Below the pieces are notes generated by a model. That model was not told the DNA's origin. It did not search any database and saw nothing but the letters and a program-made list of their open reading frames with translations. A DNA stretch of 64,000 nt from Podarcis liolepis (Eukaryota): NCBI GenBank assembly GCA_965112155.1, contig OZ218103.1; one strand, written 5' to 3'. Position numbers and translations under genes: made by a program. Shown piece after piece: positions 55,355 to 64,000 of the stretch. The stretch's first letter is position 1, and every line of letters begins with the position of its first letter.

Positions 55355-58300
55355 GTAAATACATTCTCTTACATTTCCCTAAATAATTGAAGTATTTTTA
55401 TGTGCTAAAATAGCAGTTGACTGTGGTTTATGAAAACATCAACACATTAAAGTAAGTGAAAAATACCTTTGGGAGAATAAGGGATGATTCGCTTTTGCTA
55501 TTTTGGGCATGTTTTAAACAGGTTAGCTTTCTTCACCCCCATTGTTTTGGTTTGAATTGGTGCACAGTAAACAGCTTGAGATTCAATCTACCCTTGGACT
55601 AACCCACAGAGCCTCAAAGGCAGGATGTCCCTCTAAAGACCAGTTTGCTAAAAGCACATGCAAGATGGGTTAACAGAAAATAAGTTAATCAGAATGAATA
55701 ACCTGTCAAAACTGGGTTTTATGGATAGATCCTAATATACCTACCATTCAGATGTTTAAAATACATACACAATGTAGATTAAGAAAAATATACCCTGCAC
55801 TTTAGATACATATCCACCTTCATGTTTACATTTACAGAACATTTTTGCTTAGGGCTTAAAACTGTTGACTGAGTCTATCAGGCATTTGACTGATGCAGAT
55901 GACCTGTACAACACCAAATTGAGATGTACAGTTCATGTGGATGAATCCAAGAATTTAGTTGATTTATGGACTGCTTGACAATCCCAGTCACCACCTTCTT
56001 CTATCCTGTCCTCACCCCACTATAACCATGTAATACAAGGAGAGTCTTGCATGGCAACCGCTGCAGTTCCATGCAATGCAATGCAAGATGGGCAAGGCTC
56101 AACCTGCCCATTTCACAGAATCACCCTCTTCAGTTTTCACAATTTACTGCACCCTTTTGCAGGCACAAGACTTCCCTCTGTGTTCTTAGTGTGAAGCTTT
56201 TCCCTGGCACTGGCAAAGCAGCACTGGCAGCTGCTGTGCTATTATCAAGAGGTAGTGCCTGCTTTTGTTACTTCAAAAACTTTCCAAGTTGAGTGAGTGA
56301 GGAAGTATGTAAGGAGGCAGTTTCTAGGTGTCTAAAATACTGTATTAAAGCACTAAAGATCTGTAAACATAGCAACGCAGACAAAAATATATTTCTATAT
56401 CTCAATGTTTTTTGCAGAAAATATTGGACCAAATGAGGCCAGAAAATACTCAAGAACCTTTACAGCATATTAGAATTAAACTTCATAATATACAGTAGAA
56501 AAGCTGCCATGTAGTGACTGATACAACAGGCGGTTTTCATGCATATCACACAATGAATAGCACTGGGTCAACATAAAGCTCAATGGGTTTCCGCTGAAAC
56601 AAAATCCTGGTTTCTAAACTTAACCAGCCAATCATCCCATCAGAGGACCAGGCAGAAAGAAACCACCCTTATTTGCACTGGTTAATCATCCACTTGGGAC
56701 ACCAAGGTGCAGGCTAACAGACATATCATCCAGCACACTTTGCTAAAGGTATGTTCCAAGCTGCTTCTACAGAGGTGCTAAAGGGGTGCAAGAATTGAAG
56801 TGGCAACCCTGTTTGGCCACCAGGACAGGGAGCAACATATATTAGCAATTATCCTGTAATCACTTAGTGAAGTCCTGAAATATTTTGGTCCATAAGTAGT
56901 TTGATTGGCTTCATTATCATTACTCGCAAAACCGTAATTTCAAGACTGCAAAGTCAATTTTATACACCTAGAACTGGACTAAACTAACCTGGTGCACTAG
57001 TGGAAGCCAGTGAAAGAACTCATGGTGCAACGGGCCTCCTCCTCAATCTGCTCTGGGGGGGCGGGGGTCAGGAAAAGTCCCAGAATAGTGTGCAAGCAGA
57101 GGAGAGGGGAGATTCTGCCTGGAATGCAGAAATGTTTGCGCTAACAGAACAGTTGTAATAGCAAGGTCTTCAATTCCACCCCTAGCATCTAGGGATGTCT
57201 CAAAACATCTATTCTTCTATTACTTACATGAAGTTGAATAATACAGTCAAATCACTGGCCCATCCAGCAATGGCTCTCCAAGATCTCAGGCAAAGAGCCA
57301 TTTCCTACTATTGCCATCTGAGATCCTTGTTACTAAAAACTCCTGGGGAGTGAACTCAGGATGTTAGAGATGCTAAGGAAATGCTGTTATCAGTAAATTA
57401 TGGGGTTTTCTATCTGTTATTTGATATGTAAAGCAGACATGTCTAACATCAAAGACTCTCTTCTTAAACCAGACTGTATTGGATTCCGACCAAATGTTAC
57501 TGGATTCCAACTCCCATCAGTCCCAGACATCATCCAGCAACATCTGGCGGGCCAGGGGTTTCCCATCCCTGCCCTAAAATTCATTACATAGAAAATATTT
57601 CCACAAAATGTGGCCCACCATGAGTTTGATGGTTTGCAGTTCACTTGAACTCATGGACAGTTTGTTCCAAAGAGAGGTAGGGGAAATCCAAATAAATTTA
57701 GCATATGCAAAAATGTCTGAACGATCACAAGGTCTTCTTAAGGAAAAACTGCACATGTAGATTAGCTCAAAAAGTCGTTAAGTGCCATCTCCCCATTTCC
57801 TCCCAGCTGGGACCTGTGTTATATAATTTGCATTGAAGACACAAACAAGCTCTGTGCAACTTCATTTCCTCCTAACAGCTACAAATTGTTTTGGCATTCC
57901 CATAGCTTGTTACAGGTATTTTCAGTCCTTCTTATATTAATTGGAAACTATGGTAGCTCCATTTATGACATAAGATTGGATTGTCTATGCTGTATGAAAG
58001 TCCCCGCAACAATATTGTTCTCAATATGATATTTTGCATTTTTTGTTTTTACAATAATGGTCTTCATTAAAAAATACTGCCCCCTAAATAACGCTCAAGC
58101 ACCTGGTTCACATGACACAGGAAGCCAAGCTGTGGTTCAAGAGTGAATCTTCCTTTTTTTAAAAAAAAAGAGTTCATAAGGTGAAGTTTTCAATACTTTT
58201 GAAATTGGAGCTTTAAGAAGTGCTGACTTGGGGAGAAAGTTGATAATTCTTTCCCACAGCAGCAAAATCAAAGTTGAAACTGAGATTTCATCATTACATT

Positions 58301-59023
58301 GTATAAAGTTTGCCTGGTGGTGAAATCTGAAACATAAATGCAAAATTACATGTTTGTTTTAAAAGGGTACGTTTTATCTTTTCCGCTATTTCTTGTTCAA
58401 ATGTCCTCTCATTTACCTTTGCCAACTTGGAATGACTCCATTGGCCCAACTTTAGTGAAAAAATGCCTTAATGTAGTTATTCTGGAAAAAAGGTAGAAGA
58501 AAATACAACTATTTTTTTAAAGTAGAATCCAATGTACACTTACTTCTAAGAAAACATGCTTAGTTTTGCACTCCATGTAATTCACTTAGAATGTTCAATT
58601 TAAATGTGCTGTGGTAAATGACACTACCTAAACGCCTATTAAGAGTGCATTCCTTTCTCATGGCTGACACTCCATTTCCATTGCAATTAAATTTTATATA
58701 TGCCACTCGCTTCACTTATCAGAGAGATTCATTCACACACTTTTGTTAAGTATGCCTTGCATTATCCCTGGCAGACTCTGGCAAGCTGCAAAGTTCCATT
58801 CCGTTCATATTTAGTTTTAGTTTCCTGTTTTAATTGATCATTAGTGCATAATCTAAAAGTTGTAAACAAAAAAGAGATATCTCCAAGAGAGATTATCTGA
58901 AAAGTTCAAGGGTTCCCAAGACTCAGGTTGTCTGCTTAATTAACCGAATTAGTAACTCTAACTTGCTTATGTCTTGCCATCAGCCTACCCTAATAGTTCG
59001 GTCTGTGCAACTTGTATTTTCAG

Positions 59024-59296
59024 GAGAATTTTGGCTGGGCCTACAAAAGATCTATTCCATTGTAAACCAAGGTGACCACATCCTGCGTATTGAGCTGGAA
59101 GACTCAAGAGCTAACCAACGTTATATTGAATACACATTCACCATGGGAGGTTCAGAAACAGACTACACTGCTCTTCTCTCCAGGATTACTGGGAATATCC
59201 CTAATGTTCTGCCTGAACAGAAAGAAGTGAAGTTCTCTACAAAAGATCACAACAGCAACACTGAAAGAAAAGTCAACTGTCCAGAAAACAACTCAG
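59024..59296 (+). CDS. ANGPTL3: ANGPTL3 exon 6 (273 nt)
   Basis: tttcag|GA...G|gtagtc; (G)EFWLGLQKIYSIVNQGDHILRIELED...FSTKDHNSNTERKVNCPENNS(G). Confidence 0.96.
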
Positions 59297-59625
59297 GTAG
59301 TCTTTTTTGTACAAGCTGCTGCTTTAGTTTTTCTCATAAATCGGGGGGGGGGGGGAATACATTGTGGAAGATATAGCTGAAACTTTGTCTACAAAACTTA
59401 TATATTCCCTGTTCTGAAAAATGAAGCATTAGGAACCAGAAGCAAATTCTGAAGAACAACTGGGTATGTTGGGTGAAACACTGCACATCTAAGTGGTCTA
59501 TCATGTTTAGAAACAAACTTATCTGCACTCAGAAAGCTAGCATGTCATAGACACTACCTTTTTTGCCTCAATATGGTATTTTATAAATGTATATTTAATA
59601 TAGAGGAGTATCCAGTTGTGTCAAG

Positions 59626-59982
59626 GGGACGCGGGTGGCGCTGTGGGTAAAACCTCAACGCCTAGGACTTGCCGATCGCATGGTCGGCGTTTCGCATCCC
59701 TGCGGCGGGGTGCGCTCCCGGCGTTCGGTCCCAGCGCCTGCCAACCTAGCAGTTCGAAAGCACCCCCGGGTGCAAGTAGATAAATAGGGACCACTTACCA
59801 GCGGGAAGGTAAACGGCGTTCCGTGTGCTGCGCTGGCTCGCCAGATGCAGCTTGTCACGCTGGCCACGTGACCCAGAAGTGTCTGCGGACAGCGCTGGCT
59901 CCTGGCCTATAGAGTGAGATGAGCGCACAACCCTAGAGTCTGGCAAGACTGGCCCGTACGGGCAGGGGTACCTTTACCTTTT
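59626..59982 (+). mobile_element. Full-length young Sauria (Squam1-type) SINE in ANGPTL3 intron 6
   Basis: GGGACGCGGGTGGCGCTGTGG head; (ACCTTT)n tail; 13-bp TSD TATCCAGTTGTGT (59609-59621 and 59983-59995); CpG-rich. Confidence 0.94.
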
Positions 59983-60073
59983 TATCCAGTTGTGTAATTT
60001 TCCACATGCATTCTGTACTATCTTGGAAGGCTACATCTCATCAATCTCTGAACATGTGAATCACCCTCTAGAG

Positions 60074-60197
60074 CACGGATGGATAAGCCCTCCAGATGTT
60101 GGTGTAACTCCCATCCTCTCTATTGGCCATGCTGGGTGGGGCTGCTGGGTTTTGGAGACCAACAACATCTGCAGTGGCACGGGTTCCCCCATCCTTG
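60074..60197. mobile_element. Decayed palindromic hAT MITE
   Basis: Perfect 8-bp TSD CTCTAGAG; CCAGATGTTG...CAACATCTG arms. Confidence 0.75.
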
Positions 60198-61131
60198 CTC
60201 TAGAGTTTCTCTCCCATATATTTCTAGTCCCCAACTGAACATCAGGCAGAACTTTAGGAAACAGAAATAGAACTAAAAAGTGAAGTGATCTGGCAAAAAT
60301 CTAAAAAGAGAGAGCATAGCACACAGGAATAACAAACTGGTGATATGATTTCCTGTAGAGCACCTCTAAGTAAATCCACAAGAAGTGCTGGTGTTCTATA
60401 CACTTTCTTCTTAAACCAGGCAAAAACGTTATTCTGAAATTCCCTTTTCTGCCCCCTCCAATGTGGAAAATTCAAATTTGCAGCATGAATCAGTAAGTTA
60501 TTTTAATTCATTTGCAGTTCAATCCTATTTATTTTACTTTCTCTAATAAATGTAGATAACTATGAAACCGTATAAAGTTCACTTCTGAGCGTCAGTTTTA
60601 CAGAGAATATAAGTGTTTGAGATAGATAGGAGTGCTGTGGGGGGTTTTAAATCTGACACTGGGTAATTAAGTTAAAACAGAATGAGTTCTTTTTAAAAAA
60701 AGAGAGGTGGCATTTCCAGGTAGAGCTGAGAATATCTTCTACTGAAATGCTGGAGAGGTAATGCCAATGTAGACAACTCAGCATAGGACAGCTTCCTATG
60801 TTCCTAGAGAGAGGGGTGGTGGAAATTGAGGATTTGTGACCCAATCTGGAGGATGTGATGACAAGCTTCATAGATGTACAGTTCTTCCGAGTTCCCTTCC
60901 CCCCGATAAGCAACTCCTCATACCAGGCAGCTACTGTTGATGCTACCAAGGATTTTGAGAAGTGACATCAAACACGGCATGAGAAGAAATGTGAGAAATC
61001 CGCCTCCACACATGGAAGCCACTTCTAGTGCCTAAAAGGGGGGGGGGTCTATGAACCACACCCTTAGTCCTTATGATTGTACTACAGTGTTGTCGCTATC
61101 AATTAAATGGTGCTTATAATTTCATCTTCAG

Positions 61132-61316
61132 GTGGTTGGTGGCATACGGCATGTGAAGAAACAAACTTGAATGGAAAATATATCAAGTCAAGTTCAAGAG
61201 GAAAACTGGAAAGGAAAAAGAGAGTGCTCTATTGGAAGCCTCAGAAAGGAAGGCCCTATTTTATCAAATCAACCAAACTGATGATACATTCTACAGATTT
61301 TGAAAATTTTGACTGA
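61132..61316 (+). CDS. ANGPTL3: ANGPTL3 exon 7 (coding part, ends TGA)
   Basis: cttcag|GT; (G)GWWHTACEETNLNGKY...YWKPQKGRPYFIKSTKLMIHSTDFENFD*; total CDS 1380 nt = 459 aa. Confidence 0.96.
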
Positions 61317-61339
61317 GCATCACCATTTGGAGTCTATCT

Positions 61340-61345
61340 AATAAA
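61340..61345 (+). terminator. Candidate proximal polyadenylation signal of ANGPTL3
   Basis: AATAAA 23 nt after the stop codon; further AATAAA at 62036 and 62780. Confidence 0.5.
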
Positions 61346-64000
61346 GCACATTATACCTTTGTTAGAGCCAAGTGAAGGCACTTTTCAGTACTCGGGCGAA
61401 AGAATTCCATTGTACCTTAATGATATATTTTTTGTTTCTGTGGCCGCCATATACAAAAAAACAGTATGGTCAAACGATGGGCAGAGTAATGGAAATTGAG
61501 AAATGCAGCCAGTTTTTTAGGATTGTTGCTGGCTCTAGAAACCCACTGCTAGCAAGCTTTCCTTAGCTTTCCTAAGGATAGCTATATCTGAAGATGTTTA
61601 CCATACCAGTGGGAAGGAAGAAGGGAAGGGAAAAGCTTGCCCCAGGTAGGGCTTGAGCTTCCCTACCTTCCCTCCTTTCTCTCAACAGCAGAACTTGTAC
61701 TACAGGGGAGTTAGGAGAAGCCAACATTACAGGGAAGAAGCGTGGCAAGGAGAAATCTTAGGGCTGAAAGGAAATATGATGCACAGGACAGCAGCTCACC
61801 AGCTCACCTGATTTTCCTAGCCTGGACCAGCCTGTATCACCATAGAAGAGAATTCAGTCACTTCATTTTGATGGCAGAAAATAAGCTACTGCTTTCAGGA
61901 CACATTTAGGGGGCCATAACCTACTACCGTGGATCTCAATGTCACCATAGGCATGGGGGAAGGCGTTGCCCTTTAGAGGAAAATGTCACTGTTCTCTGTT
62001 CAAATCAACAGCTTTCATGGATCTCTATGGAATGAAATAAACAGGGTGCAATGCAGTTCACAGCTTAGGGGGAGCAAGACCTGTCTCTCTGAATGAAGGC
62101 TGAAGTCGTTTGTATGAAGAAGAACAGACATGCTTTTTACTACACAACACCTGTGACCTACTATAGCTGGTGCACACCTCTACCTATATAAGAGTTTCCA
62201 CTGAACTGGATGGCACAAAATAAATCTGGATTTCATTCAAGTGAAGTGTAAAATTTGATTCTTGCCTAGTAGCTGCCCCCACCCCAGTGACATAGAAAAG
62301 TGCACCCCCTTAACTTCTCCTCTATAGAAGAATGTCTGCCATTCAACCCTCCAGAATTTAGGACATCACTGTGGTGATCGTAGCCTCCCACAATTCCTTG
62401 CACTAGCCTCTGCTGAGAGAAGGGAAAGGAAATGAGCTAAGCCATGTGGACAAGAATCAATGAGCTCGAGCGAAGTATTAGGGTTGTGTTCTCCCCTTTC
62501 CTCCTACCATGTAGTTGGGAGGACTTCTGTCAAGTTTGATTTCTCTTTTACATGTTACACTTAATGCATGGCATGCAGCTGTGTCTGTTTCTTCTTCTGA
62601 AATCTAGTATTTAACCCTTTGAATTTCATTGCTGAAGACACAGTGAAGTATCTCTCCCAGCTGCTGTGGAGTACCTCAAATAAAGTGTCATATTGCAAAT
62701 TTATATTAGATCTGCTGCAGGCCTCAAAGCTTTGAAAATCTTTACGCTGATCCTCTGCTTGGATCAATGACATTTGCTGAATAAACAAATCTGATATCAT
62801 TTACATTAGCAAACTCATGACCCATTTCTAATAATAAGGAATTTTTCGCTTTTTAGTAATGTAAAATAAAGATCCACATCCATCACTTTTAGAAATAGAT
62901 TTCCCTCATCAGTGGCTCACCACCGCTCCAAGAAAAAGCAAAGTATCTTTCATCCCAGTTATACAACAAGGCCCTCTAAAGATTACATGACTGTATTATA
63001 CATATATTATTTGGTAGCACCGTGTCCTTGGGAAGACTTTTACCTGCCTTGATTTATTGCACACTCCCTGATGGTTGGCTGACCACAATTATTATCCCTC
63101 TGCCCTAATCCCTAAAAATATACTTAGTTGAAAAGAGACATGGAATTGCCTTCCAAATTCTCTTCCTGATTTGGCATTGAAGTTAATTAAATTTCTCCTT
63201 GAGAAACAAGAAATTTGGCCTGTTCCCAGAAGAACAGTCAGGTTTTAGAGAAAGCTGTTTCTGCGATAAAAGAATTTTCAGTTATTCATACGTGATGGCT
63301 AAATACAGTTTTCAGAAATATAACTCTTTCCAGCCTTCATCTACTGAATAAAATTAAGCCTCTCAACATAAAACCAAATTTGGGAGAAATCACTTTTCAG
63401 CTCAGTTAAGCTGTTGAGGGTTGTTGCTTGTTTGTTTTTTGGCCTAGAGTTTTGTGCTGCAGTAAATCAGATTTGGAGAACCTCTTCGATTCCAACTTCC
63501 AATATTGTTAGACTCCCAATTTCCATTGGGCTAGTCAGCATGACCAACGGTCAAGAATACTGTTATGTATTTATATTGGTTCTTGTATTGTAAACCACCC
63601 TGTGATCTTAGGATCTGAAGGGTGGTATAGAATTATTTATTTTTATTTTTATTATTAATGGAAGCTGAAATCCAACCACATCTGGAGGGCCATAGCTTCC
63701 CCATCCCTGCTGTAAATTATGCAGCAAAGCTTTTGGAAGCACGTCAGCTCTGGAGTGGCTTAATAACCTTGGTTACAAAAGGATATCATCCCAATGTAAA
63801 GAGACAATTATAGATGGTAACTTCACAGTGCCTAACAAACTGAAGTTCAGTCTTGATTTTTATAGCATCAATAACCAAAACGGATGGTGGCATGCCATGA
63901 AATCGTGTGCTTTACCCTGCTCTTATGATATACCTCCATCCAGGCATTCTTGCAAATGGCATCAAACCAGACCAGACCAGGCCATGGAGACATCTCCTAT

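Overview
Eukaryotic genomic DNA from a squamate reptile, most likely a lacertid lizard, judged from two full-length Sauria/Squam1-type SINEs and squamate MITE families. The minus strand carries 35 consecutive internal coding exons of DOCK7 (dedicator of cytokinesis 7, a Rac/Cdc42 GEF), from the DHR-1/C2 domain (47519) to the penultimate exon (307). All have GT-AG junctions and phase-consistent joins; the 5' exons and the last exon lie outside the window. The complete 7-exon ANGPTL3 gene (49800-61316, 1380-nt CDS, 459 aa) sits antisense inside the large DOCK7 intron that starts at 47520, with a TATA-like box and an HNF1-like site upstream. Introns contain Sauria SINEs with TSDs, hAT and Tc1/mariner-type MITEs, L2/CR1 3' fragments and microsatellites. 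The most interesting signal is a candidate splicing module in the 10-kb DOCK7 intron at 5560-15486: a 15-nt microexon (STGWE), a tandem acceptor (DGK) on the next exon, Rbfox/QKI motifs, and a perfect 14-bp inverted repeat 1.9 kb apart that could act as an RNA bridge. ANGPTL3 shows His->Arg in the LPL-inhibitory motif and lacks the mammalian RAPR furin site. Comparisons with human proteins are from memory; no searches were run. Most ORF-track entries are intronic noise.
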